The notes under the pieces were generated by a model. That model searched no databases. It was given only the letters and a program-made list of their open reading frames with translations, and was not told where the DNA came from. From a virus (lineage: Duplodnaviria; Caudoviricetes), in the IMG/VR virus record IMGVR_UViG_3300032295_003763, positions 135,928 through 199,927 of that record: a stretch of 64,000 nucleotides of DNA, one strand, 5' to 3'. Below are positions 49,198-58,443 of this stretch, one piece after another. The position numbers were made by a program, and so were the translations under genes. The stretch's first letter is position 1. Every line of letters starts with the position of its first letter.

Positions 49198-49229
49198 TTT
49201 GGTATTCTCAATTATTTTTATTATCTTTG
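49198..49229 (+). promoter_or_regulatory. Bacteroidota-type host promoter for DNA polymerase
   Basis: TTTG-N20-TATCTTTG. Confidence 0.7.
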
Positions 49230-49263
49230 AATTATTAGTGTAATTATTTTATAGAAGCTACTT

Positions 49264-50694
49264 ATGATTAATATTGAACAAAAGTCTAATAAAGTTATTA
49301 TTAGTAATTTTAATGATAAAGGTATGGTAGACTTACATGAGTTCATTCTACCTAAAAGTGAAATGTTTGAATGGCAATATTATTCAGACAAAAAGAAAGA
49401 TGAAATTATTAGAAGTTGGGATAATAGACCCGTACAAAAGAAAACCGATGTTAAAAGATTAAATCGATTCCGATTAATCGAATGGATGGAAAGTTTAAGT
49501 GAAGAAGAAAAGGAAAAAATATACGGCTTCCATCAACCAAAGAAATTCTTTTGTGATATCGAGGTTGAAATCCAGAATGAATTCCCCGATGCAAGTTTAG
49601 CAAAAACACCAGTTGTAACTATAGCGTTATCTGATGAAGATAACATTATTACAGTTATGGGTACAAGAGAAATTGCAGCAAAGGATGTTAAGCAAACAGA
49701 ACTAAAACTTCAAGAGTATTTTAAAGATTATACTCCAGATATTACATTCAAATATGTGTATTTTAATTCAGAATATGATATGCTATACACATTTTTTGTT
49801 AAGTTCTTACCTAGGATTCCATTTTTGACAGGGTGGTATTTCTTAGACTTTGACTGGAAGTATTTATTAAATAGAGCTCGGCAATTAGATATTCCTGTTG
49901 AAAAGTCTTCTTTGACCAAAAGATTATCTGGGATGCACGAAACTCCTATGCATAAAGTTATTGTAGATTATAAAGAAATCTACGAAAAATGGGATAAGTC
50001 TCTTAAAGAAAACCTAACTTTAGATTGGACTGCGAAAAACAGATTGGGTTTAACAAAGGTTAAATACCCAGGGAGTTTAAAAGATTTATTTGTAAATGAT
50101 TATTTACTTTTTGTTTTTTACAATGCAGTTGATACTCATCTAGTAAATCTTTTAGATAAGAAAACTTCAGTAGCTGATATTTTTTTTAAACTGGGTACTC
50201 TCACTAAATCTGAATACCAAAGAGCTTTTTCACCTGTACATATGACAGAAAATGTATTGTGTAGAGGTTTATTGGAAAAAAATCTAGTAATGATCCCTGA
50301 GGAAATCAAAAGAGCTAAAGATGCTAAATATAAAGGTGCACATGTTCATAAGCCTAAAGTTGGTCTATATGAATTTGTAGGAGCATTTGACTTTGCTAGT
50401 TTGTATCCTTCAGTTATGCGCCAATTTAACATTTCTCCAGAATCATATCTTGGTCAAATAGATGATGGATCCGATGAAGAAAGTAATGATATATTCAAGA
50501 CTAAAAAGGAAAAGATAGTCAATACGGAAGATAAAATAGTTTGTGCCAATGGTGCTGTTTTTAGTAAGGAAGAAAGCGTTTTAAAAAAGGCATTGGATTA
50601 TTTTTACGATAAAAGAAAAAAAGCGAAATATGAATCATATGAAGTAGAAAAGGAAATTGAAATATTGAAAAAGATATTAGAAACTAAGTCATGA
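49264..50694 (+). CDS. gp43: Family B DNA polymerase, N-terminal subunit of a split enzyme
   Basis: ExoI CDIEV, ExoII FDWKYL, ExoIII YNAVD, motif A DFASLYPS; no motif B or C. Confidence 0.9.
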   Translation: MINIEQKSNKVIISNFNDKGMVDLHEFILPKSEMFEWQYYSDKKKDEIIRSWDNRPVQKKTDVKRLNRFRLIEWMESLSEEEKEKIYGFHQPKKFFCDIEVEIQNEFPDASLAKTPVVTIALSDEDNIITVMGTREIAAKDVKQTELKLQEYFKDYTPDITFKYVYFNSEYDMLYTFFVKFLPRIPFLTGWYFLDFDWKYLLNRARQLDIPVEKSSLTKRLSGMHETPMHKVIVDYKEIYEKWDKSLKENLTLDWTAKNRLGLTKVKYPGSLKDLFVNDYLLFVFYNAVDTHLVNLLDKKTSVADIFFKLGTLTKSEYQRAFSPVHMTENVLCRGLLEKNLVMIPEEIKRAKDAKYKGAHVHKPKVGLYEFVGAFDFASLYPSVMRQFNISPESYLGQIDDGSDEESNDIFKTKKEKIVNTEDKIVCANGAVFSKEESVLKKALDYFYDKRKKAKYESYEVEKEIEILKKILETKS

Positions 50695-51377
50695 AAAATT
50701 GTGTTCTTTTGACTACTACTTCTAAAAGAGAAGGTATTGAGTACTACTCATATGAAAATAAAAATTTTGATCTTTTTATAATAGACTATACATCTGAAAA
50801 GGATGCAATAACCTTTTTAGAGGGTAATATAAAAGCTATATTTAATTGTAATGGTGGTTACAAGTATAAAAATATAAAAAAATGTATAGAAACCCTTGAT
50901 ATTTTAGTAAAATATGATTATATTTGGCTTCCTGATTGGGATGTAAATATACCTATCGAAAGCCTAAATGAACTTTTTACATTGGCTGAACAATATAATC
51001 TTGATTTATGTCAGCCATCTCTCAGTTCAGACTCTCATATGTCATGGTCTATAACCGAACATAATCCAGATTCAGTTGTAAGACTAACAAATTTTGTAGA
51101 AGTTATGTGTCCTTTATTTAAATCTTCATTTTTAAAGGAGGTTTTGTGGACATTTGATTTAAACTATTCGAGTTGGGGTTTAGACTTTTTGTGGTGCTCA
51201 ATTGGAAAGGAAAAGAATATAGGAATTATTGATTCTGTTATTGTAAAACATGAAAGACCTATATCTTCACATGAATGGATTTTACCTAATGGTAAAAATT
51301 CTCACCAAGAACTAGAAGAATTACAAAAAAAATATAATTTATTTTTGAATCCTACTGTTCTTAAATCCATGAATTAA
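50691..51377 (+). CDS. Glycosyltransferase-like protein (DUF707-like)
   Basis: YDYIWLPD.D, LCQPSL, TNFVEVMCP.F, WGLD. Confidence 0.7.
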   Translation: MKNCVLLTTTSKREGIEYYSYENKNFDLFIIDYTSEKDAITFLEGNIKAIFNCNGGYKYKNIKKCIETLDILVKYDYIWLPDWDVNIPIESLNELFTLAEQYNLDLCQPSLSSDSHMSWSITEHNPDSVVRLTNFVEVMCPLFKSSFLKEVLWTFDLNYSSWGLDFLWCSIGKEKNIGIIDSVIVKHERPISSHEWILPNGKNSHQELEELQKKYNLFLNPTVLKSMN

Positions 51378-51552
51378 ATGAACTTACAAATAGAGAAAAA
51401 TTGATTAAAAAAAATTAATCAAAAAAAAGCAGTTTAGTGAGTTTTTGTAAAATTAAAAGAACCTATATAGCAACAAGAATTTTACTTATGTGTAGAATTA
51501 AGATTAAAGGATATTTAATCATTTTAATAAATTAAAAAAATAAAGAAGTATT

Positions 51553-53733
51553 ATGGCCAAAAATCGTGATCTATCGATTGAGATACTTTCGGAGTTAACA
51601 GCATTTTCAAAATATGCTCGTTTTAACGAAGAAATAGGAAGAAGAGAAACTTGGGAAGAAAATGTATCCAGAGTTGAGGATATGCATGTTAGAAAATTCC
51701 CTGAATTAAAAGAAGATATTAATAAAGCCTTCGAATATGTTAAACGTAAAGAAGTTGTACCTTCTATGAGATCTATGCAGTTCGGGGGTGAAGCCATCGA
51801 AAAAATGAATATAAGAATTTTCAACTGTTCATTTATTGCTATTGAACGTCCAGCAATTTTTTCTGAAATTATGGTACTTTTGATGGCTGGAACTGGTGTT
51901 GGATATTCTGTTCAATATAGACATATCAATAAATTACCAGATATTAAAACTCCTAAAAGAAGTAGAAAATATGTAATTGAAGACACAATCGAAGGTTGGG
52001 CAAATTCTCTCAAAGCACTTTTGAAATCATATTTTTATGGTACACAGTTACCTATATTTGATTATTCTGGAATTAGACCAAAGGGCACACCTTTGAAAAC
52101 ATCAGGTGGAAAGGCACCAGGTCCAGATCCTTTGAGAAAATGTTTAGATGAAATCCAATCTATCTTTACGAGAAAGAATGTAGGTGAAAAGTTAAAGCCT
52201 ATCGAAGTTCATGATATTGTTTGTCATATTGCTGATTGTATTTTAGCAGGTGGTATTCGTAGATCAGCGACTATTGCTCTTTTTGATTCATTTGATGATG
52301 AAATGCTTAACTGTAAAGGTTATTTGTCTGCTGAAATTGAATCAGACTTCATTTATAATAAGCAAACAAAGCAATTTGTTGGAGATGCGAGACATCAAGG
52401 TAAAATTGTTCAAGTTTATCTTTCTAAACAAGAATTCGATAAGTTTGAAAATGAAGGTGTCTTGGCTTGGTATTGGTTCCATCCACAAAGAGCAAGAGCG
52501 AATAATTCAGCTGTATTTTTCAGAAAGAGATTTCTTGGAAAGGAAACAACTGAAGAAAAGATTATCGCTAAACTTAAAAAAGAATTTGGTATCAATGAAT
52601 ACTCTCAGGAATCATTAATTAATACCTTTACAAACTTTGTAAGTGAGTATTTAGCTGCTCATTTTGTAGATGGTAAGTATTATGAGGATATTGTTGATGC
52701 TACAACCCAAGACGATTTTATGAAAGTTTGGAAAGCATGTGAGGCTTCTGGTTCAGGTGAACCTGGTGTATTCTGGACAAATGATCCTGACTATGGAACG
52801 AATCCATGTGGTGAAATTTCATTGAAATCTGCACAAACCTGTAATCTTTCTTCAATTAATGTTAGTACATTAAAGGATCAAAAAGATTTAGAGAACAGAG
52901 TTTGGGCTGCTACTTTGATTGGTACTTTACAAGCTACTTATGATGGTTTCGAGTATATTTCAGAAAATTGGCAAGAAAATCAACAAGATGAAAGATTGTT
53001 GGGTGTTTCTTTGACAGGAATTTGTGATATCGATTATACAAAATTTGATTGGAATAAAGCATCCTTACATTCTGCTGAAGTAAATGCTAAATATGCTAAT
53101 ATTCTTGGTATAAATGAAGCAGCTAGAATTACATGTATTAAACCAGAAGGTACAGCATCATGTGTTATGGGTACTTCATCTGGCATTCATGCAAGACATT
53201 CTCAGTATTACATTAGACGTGTTCGTTATAACAAGCAAGAACCTATTGCTAAGTACTTGATGGAAAACCATCCTGAGTTAGTAGAGGAAGAAGAATTTAA
53301 TCCTTTGAATATCGTTGTGGCTTTACCGCAAAAATCTCCTGCTGAGTCAGTAACAAGAGAAAATGAATCAGCGATAGATACATTAGAGAGAGTAAAATTT
53401 TTTAATGAACACTGGGTTTCACCTGGTCATAGATATGGTCCTAACCAACATAATGTTTCATGTACTATTTCAGTAAGAAACAATGAATGGAATAAAGTTG
53501 GTAAATGGATGTGGGAAAATAGAGATGTTTATTCAGGTATAGCAGTTCTCCCCTACTCTGATGCAATTTATAAGCAAGCTCCATTCGAAGAATGTGATGA
53601 AGAAACTTACAATACAATGATGAAAAATCTGAAATCTATAGATTTGACAAAGGTTTTGGAAGTTGAAGATAATACAAATCTCTTAGGAGAATTGGCTTGT
53701 GCAGGTGGTGCTTGTGAAGTTACATTCGGTTAA
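51553..53733 (+). CDS. nrdJ: Class II (adenosylcobalamin) ribonucleotide reductase
   Basis: FNC, GTGVG, GGIRRSA, TNPCGEI, IKPEGT, C-terminal CAGGAC. Confidence 0.93.
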   Translation: MAKNRDLSIEILSELTAFSKYARFNEEIGRRETWEENVSRVEDMHVRKFPELKEDINKAFEYVKRKEVVPSMRSMQFGGEAIEKMNIRIFNCSFIAIERPAIFSEIMVLLMAGTGVGYSVQYRHINKLPDIKTPKRSRKYVIEDTIEGWANSLKALLKSYFYGTQLPIFDYSGIRPKGTPLKTSGGKAPGPDPLRKCLDEIQSIFTRKNVGEKLKPIEVHDIVCHIADCILAGGIRRSATIALFDSFDDEMLNCKGYLSAEIESDFIYNKQTKQFVGDARHQGKIVQVYLSKQEFDKFENEGVLAWYWFHPQRARANNSAVFFRKRFLGKETTEEKIIAKLKKEFGINEYSQESLINTFTNFVSEYLAAHFVDGKYYEDIVDATTQDDFMKVWKACEASGSGEPGVFWTNDPDYGTNPCGEISLKSAQTCNLSSINVSTLKDQKDLENRVWAATLIGTLQATYDGFEYISENWQENQQDERLLGVSLTGICDIDYTKFDWNKASLHSAEVNAKYANILGINEAARITCIKPEGTASCVMGTSSGIHARHSQYYIRRVRYNKQEPIAKYLMENHPELVEEEEFNPLNIVVALPQKSPAESVTRENESAIDTLERVKFFNEHWVSPGHRYGPNQHNVSCTISVRNNEWNKVGKWMWENRDVYSGIAVLPYSDAIYKQAPFEECDEETYNTMMKNLKSIDLTKVLEVEDNTNLLGELACAGGACEVTFG

Positions 53734-53750
53734 TCAATAAACTATTAACG

Positions 53751-53787
53751 AAAGGGTACCTATAATAAAAATAGGTATCCTTTTTTA
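53751..53787 (+). terminator. Intrinsic terminator after nrdJ
   Basis: aaagggtacctat/ataggtatccttt plus U-tract. Confidence 0.75.
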
Positions 53788-53798
53788 TTGAGGTAATT

Positions 53799-54233
53799 AT
53801 GGAGCTTTTTGATGTAGTAAAAGCTGTTTTTTCCAAATCTGAATGGAAAAATGTATCTCGTTATGATAAAGATAGAAATTTCTTTATGATAAATAGATTT
53901 ATTTCCATAGGTTTGCCCAAACAGGCTTCTATGTTTAATAGTAAGTATATCCCTAAAGAGCATGTTCTTGATTATTGGAATAGACAATTATCCAAACTTT
54001 ATAGTACAATTCCTCAATGGATATTTACAAAAGGGCAGAAAGCATCTAAAGAAGAAAATGAAAAATTTAAAGTAGACCTAGATCTAAAAAAATTATTTTG
54101 CGAATATAATAAGTGTAGTTTTGAGGAATTTGATTTATTGGCAAATATAAATCAAAAGGATTTAGAAAAAGAACTTGAAATGTATAAGAATATGTTAAAA
54201 GCTAAAAAAGAGTCAAAGTTTTCAGAAGAATAA
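53799..54233 (+). CDS. gp62: Clamp loader small (A) subunit, gp62-like
   Basis: FMINRFIS motif; adjacent to gp44. Confidence 0.6.
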   Translation: MELFDVVKAVFSKSEWKNVSRYDKDRNFFMINRFISIGLPKQASMFNSKYIPKEHVLDYWNRQLSKLYSTIPQWIFTKGQKASKEENEKFKVDLDLKKLFCEYNKCSFEEFDLLANINQKDLEKELEMYKNMLKAKKESKFSEE

Positions 54234-54245
54234 AAGGTTTATCTA

Positions 54246-55214
54246 ATGTCAGCGATACTTGAACAATTATTTACAGAAAAGTTTAGACCTAAAAAGGTCG
54301 AAGATATTATATTAGCACCTAGAATTAAAAGTGCTATAGGTCAAGGGATAATTCAACAGCATCTTTTATTGGTAGGTTCTCAAGGTATGGGTAAAACATC
54401 TACTGCTAAAGCAATAGCAGATAGATTCCCTAATATGTATATAAATGTTTCAGATGAATCCTCTGTAGATGTAATACGTGATAAAATTAAAGGTTATTGT
54501 GAAAGAATATCAGTTTTAGATGGAGAAGATTCCATGAAAATTGTAATTCTTGATGAGATCGATGGTGCATCTGATCAATTCTATAAAGCTCTTAGGGGCG
54601 TTATGGAAGATCAGAGATATATTTCAAAAGTAAGATTTATTGGAACTGCTAATTATATTAATAAAATACCAGATCCTGTTCGCTCTAGATTTTTTATTCT
54701 TGACTTTAATCCTACAACAAAAGAAGAAGAGCTTGGTTTAATGAAAGATCAAGCTAAACGAATTGCTTATCTTTTAAAAAGTTTAAATATAGAGTTTGAG
54801 AACGATGCAATAAAAGAATTTATTAAAAGAAATTTCCCTGACATGCGGGCAATGATTAATAAGATTCAGAACTGGCATATTTCTGGAAGAAATAAAATTA
54901 CATTAAATGAAATTAAAGAACTTAATTATTCATTTAATGATTTATTTGAACTATTAACTAAGAAAGATACTGATCCTGTTGAAAATTATAAGTACATAGT
55001 TAAGAATTGTTCAAATAAAGTCGATGATGTGTTAATGAGCTTACACAATGATTTCCCTCTGTGGATTTCAGAAAACAAACCAGATTTAACAAATAAAATT
55101 CCAATGTCTTTAGTTTTGATTGGGAAATGGCAAGCTGACAAACAGCTTTGTATTGATCCTATTGTTGCTTTGACAGGTTGTTTTTTTGAAATACAAATGC
55201 ATATGAAGTCATAA
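54246..55214 (+). CDS. gp44: Clamp loader AAA+ subunit
   Basis: EKFRP, GSQGMGKT, ILDEID, SRF, FPDMR. Confidence 0.93.
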   Translation: MSAILEQLFTEKFRPKKVEDIILAPRIKSAIGQGIIQQHLLLVGSQGMGKTSTAKAIADRFPNMYINVSDESSVDVIRDKIKGYCERISVLDGEDSMKIVILDEIDGASDQFYKALRGVMEDQRYISKVRFIGTANYINKIPDPVRSRFFILDFNPTTKEEELGLMKDQAKRIAYLLKSLNIEFENDAIKEFIKRNFPDMRAMINKIQNWHISGRNKITLNEIKELNYSFNDLFELLTKKDTDPVENYKYIVKNCSNKVDDVLMSLHNDFPLWISENKPDLTNKIPMSLVLIGKWQADKQLCIDPIVALTGCFFEIQMHMKS

Positions 55215-55942
55215 TGCAAACTGTTAAATTAACAAATCAAGAGATAAAATCAGTAGTTGATTTATTATTATTTAAATACATAATAATAGATGAGTCTAAT
55301 GCTGTAGTTGATGTTTTAAAAAGATTTGAAATAAGTCCAGAACATAGAATTAAAGGTCTATGTGAACCTATGTCATATATTTCCCAGAATTTTATTGAAC
55401 TTACTCAATATAAATCCTTGGGATCAAAAAATAGAATAGGTCGATTATCCGCTATTTCTGTTCTAGAAGAACAGATTGTAAAGGAATTTTGCTTTAAGGG
55501 TGTACATGCTTTAGATTTATCTATAAAGATAGATGCTCTTTCTGTTTTTCATGCACTACTAGATTATGGACATAAAGATCATTCTAGTCAAGCTGTTCAT
55601 ATAGCAGTTAAGTATTTACGGGTAGATATGCTCCATAGATTAGCGGAAGAAGGATTCGATTTTTGGCTAGTGCATCCTGATTGGGAAGCAAGACCTATAG
55701 ATACTTTACTTACTATGATGTCTTTCCAAGAAGAACTACCTTTTTTATCAGGTGTAAATATAAATCAACAGATCGCGGATTGTTTTGATATAATTGCTAA
55801 AAATAGCGATTTATCAAAGTTTATATCAATATCTGGAGAAAACTATGGAATATATAATGGGAACCCTATTGTTCGAAAAAGAAAGGGAATAGTACCAGAA
55901 ATAGAAGAAATTTTCTATAAAGTCGTACATGGGCTAGTATAA
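55214..55942 (+). CDS. Hypothetical protein with ankyrin-like segments
   Basis: ALDLSI......HALLDYG and VHIAV......HRLAEEGFD. Confidence 0.5.
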   Translation: MQTVKLTNQEIKSVVDLLLFKYIIIDESNAVVDVLKRFEISPEHRIKGLCEPMSYISQNFIELTQYKSLGSKNRIGRLSAISVLEEQIVKEFCFKGVHALDLSIKIDALSVFHALLDYGHKDHSSQAVHIAVKYLRVDMLHRLAEEGFDFWLVHPDWEARPIDTLLTMMSFQEELPFLSGVNINQQIADCFDIIAKNSDLSKFISISGENYGIYNGNPIVRKRKGIVPEIEEIFYKVVHGLV

Positions 55943-55945
55943 TTT

Positions 55946-55953
55946 GATATATA
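55946..55953 (+). promoter_or_regulatory. Putative late promoter GATATATA
   Basis: Exact motif upstream of 55982. Confidence 0.7.
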
Positions 55954-55981
55954 CTATATCAAAGTAAAATTTTATGAAAAT

Positions 55982-57580
55982 ATGCGTAACACAAAAGCTA
56001 TTATTGAAGCCATTTGTAATTATACAAGTTTTGATCCAGTTATAAAAACAGGATTAACTTATTTAAAAGAATCTGAAGTTGATATTGTTCACTGGAATGC
56101 TTTAAATGAGCAAGAAGAACAAAATGTCTTGAAATCAGATGAGGTTAAAGGGGCATTCAACAGATTTAGTTCATCTGTTACAGGAGAAATAGTAAAGGAA
56201 ACTAAACCTGAAGGATTTGATAATTGGGTAAAAAGAACTAACTTAACAAATAGTTCAATGTTTAGCACACCTCAAACAGATTCTCAAATGACAAAGGACG
56301 CAGTTCAAGCTGATAGGGAGAAATATAAGGCTAAACCAGGTTCATGGGAAGAAAGATTAAAGCATATAGAAAAAGAGGGAATGACAGATGCGGAGCGTAT
56401 TGAAGCATCTAAAAAGTCAGCAAATAATACATATTATGAAATTCTATCTCAAACCGAAAAAAAGGTAGGTAAAGAGAATATCAAGAACTATATCGAAAAA
56501 ATTTCTGATGATGTTCAAAATTTCGTTTCTTTAGTTACTTATCTAACAGATCAAATAGTAAAAGAAGCATGGGTTAATGCTCCACAGACAATACAAAAAG
56601 TATCTGGGAACAGATTATACTTCTTGGAACAAGCTGCTATGGAGATAAGAGGTAATAATGTTAATGCTTTCATAAAAGAAGCTAAAACTCTATTGAATGT
56701 TGCATTTGATCTAAGTAATTATTTTGTTCTTCAAAATGCTAATAATGATATTAAAAGATCAGTAGAAGAAGTTTGGCCAGAGGTTAAAAGATTAGCAAAA
56801 GAAAAAATTGACGCTATTAAAGCACCAGAGCCTGTAAGAACTATGTTTGCTTTTAATGAGACTTTGATGGATAATTTCAAATCTCAGTTGTCAGATGCTG
56901 TTTGGGAATCTATTCCAGCGTTAATTGAGAAACATGGTGATTCATTCTTCTTAATTATAGAATCAGAGCAGATAATGCCAATTCATGATGCTTTTAATAG
57001 TAGTAGATTCCAGGCATATCATCCTATATTCGAATCAATGTATTATGAATTAAAGGATAAAAAGCCATTCAATTGGTTATTAGAATTAGAGACATATCTT
57101 ATCGATGATAAAGAAATCGACAAAAATTTGACATATTGTGCTACGACTTTAGTTAGACAACAATTAGCAAAAAATGCAGATTTTACATTCCCTACTATCG
57201 GTAAAGTAGCAGGTTTTACTGCTCATAAATTAGCACAAGACGCATATAAAGCAGATGAAGGTCTTAGTGAGATATTAGGAGTAAAAGACTCCTTATGGAT
57301 TACTTCTGGCTACGTTCCAGGTACATTTGGTTTAATTCTTCTATTTTTTAATGTAGCATCAGCTGTTCTTTTTGTCGCATATGCTGAAGATGTTGTAGGC
57401 TTTGATATGGATAAATCTTATCCAGAAATGGCAAATTTACCTATTTGGAAATCTTTTAAAGAAAGTGCATTTGATCTAAAGGTTGAATATCAACAAAAGA
57501 GAAGAGAAGAAAAGAAAGATTTAAAAGTTGGCACTACTTCACCTAGAAGTGCAGCGAAGACTGGAATAAAAATCAAATAA
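55982..57580 (+). CDS. Large helical late protein with a C-terminal TM-like segment
   Basis: LNE/FNE sites; hydrophobic FGLILLFFNVASAVLFVAYA. Confidence 0.65.
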   Translation: MRNTKAIIEAICNYTSFDPVIKTGLTYLKESEVDIVHWNALNEQEEQNVLKSDEVKGAFNRFSSSVTGEIVKETKPEGFDNWVKRTNLTNSSMFSTPQTDSQMTKDAVQADREKYKAKPGSWEERLKHIEKEGMTDAERIEASKKSANNTYYEILSQTEKKVGKENIKNYIEKISDDVQNFVSLVTYLTDQIVKEAWVNAPQTIQKVSGNRLYFLEQAAMEIRGNNVNAFIKEAKTLLNVAFDLSNYFVLQNANNDIKRSVEEVWPEVKRLAKEKIDAIKAPEPVRTMFAFNETLMDNFKSQLSDAVWESIPALIEKHGDSFFLIIESEQIMPIHDAFNSSRFQAYHPIFESMYYELKDKKPFNWLLELETYLIDDKEIDKNLTYCATTLVRQQLAKNADFTFPTIGKVAGFTAHKLAQDAYKADEGLSEILGVKDSLWITSGYVPGTFGLILLFFNVASAVLFVAYAEDVVGFDMDKSYPEMANLPIWKSFKESAFDLKVEYQQKRREEKKDLKVGTTSPRSAAKTGIKIK

Positions 57581-57584
57581 ATAA

Positions 57585-58145
57585 ATGAGTTCTAAAATAG
57601 TTGAGCCATATAGTAAAGATGCACCTATTGTCCTTAAAACATTAGAGTGTAAAGCAATATATGATGATAAAATTCATACAATAACTATACAAGTTCCAAA
57701 TGGGGATGAATTCATTTGTTCTGCGAATACTTTCAAATGGGTAGAAGGATACCCTAAAAGTATAGGAGCATGTCATAAAAGATGTGAAAATGCTTTAAAT
57801 CATCTTAAGAATGATAACTTAATTGAAGTTTTTCAAGAAATTTATAAGTTGCCATATGCTCCTTTTTTCGTATATTTGTTTGAGAAAGATAAGCCAATGC
57901 TTAAGAATTTCTCTTACATTATAGATAAAGCTAACGATTCAGAGAAAGAGAAAGTTGAACTTTTTCTAAAATCTATCCTAGAAGAAAATGAGGATATAAA
58001 TAAATTGAAAAAGTCAGAAGTAGAAATTTATAATTTTTTAAAAGAGAACTTAGAAAATCTTATTTTATATCTAAAATCTAAGTGTGAAGTATTTTATTGG
58101 TTTTATCAAGGTCTTCCTCAACTTACTCAGTTTGGAATATGGTAA
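57585..58145 (+). CDS. Hypothetical protein
   Basis: 186-aa ORF within an operon. Confidence 0.65.
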   Translation: MSSKIVEPYSKDAPIVLKTLECKAIYDDKIHTITIQVPNGDEFICSANTFKWVEGYPKSIGACHKRCENALNHLKNDNLIEVFQEIYKLPYAPFFVYLFEKDKPMLKNFSYIIDKANDSEKEKVELFLKSILEENEDINKLKKSEVEIYNFLKENLENLILYLKSKCEVFYWFYQGLPQLTQFGIW

Positions 58146-58146
58146 T

Positions 58147-58443
58147 ATGATCGAGCATGAAAATCTTAATTTTGGTACTCCCGTAAAAGTAGAATATACT
58201 GTAGAAAATAAGGAATGTAAGAGAGTATATGCCAAAGTAATTTGTGCAAATGTTAAAGATAAAGAAATTTATTCTTGCATAACTCCACACGGTTCTATAA
58301 TAAAAACTCATTATTCTAATTTAGATATTTTAAATGATGATGAATACAATAATTTAAAAAATATAGAACAGAAAGCTTTCGAATCTAATAATATACTTTA
58401 TAATAATATCTTTTTTAACGATCAGAATACTGGAATTAAATAA
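58147..58443 (+). CDS. Hypothetical protein
   Basis: ATG 58147, 1 nt after the upstream stop. Confidence 0.6.
   Translation: MIEHENLNFGTPVKVEYTVENKECKRVYAKVICANVKDKEIYSCITPHGSIIKTHYSNLDILNDDEYNNLKNIEQKAFESNNILYNNIFFNDQNTGIK

Noticed and set aside
50691-51552. Intron, frameshift or ribosomal bypass completing the polymerase
   Set aside because: The downstream DNA is an intact glycosyltransferase-like gene; I saw no motif B or C there
51378-51552. NrdR box or cobalamin riboswitch upstream of nrdJ
   Set aside because: acctatatagc fits the phage TATATAG core better than a 16-bp NrdR palindrome; the region is very AT-rich and shows no B12-box
45482-53733. Inteins or homing endonucleases in terminase, polymerase or RNR
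   Set aside because: No Cys/Ser...His-Asn splice junctions and no LAGLIDADG or HNH motifs seen
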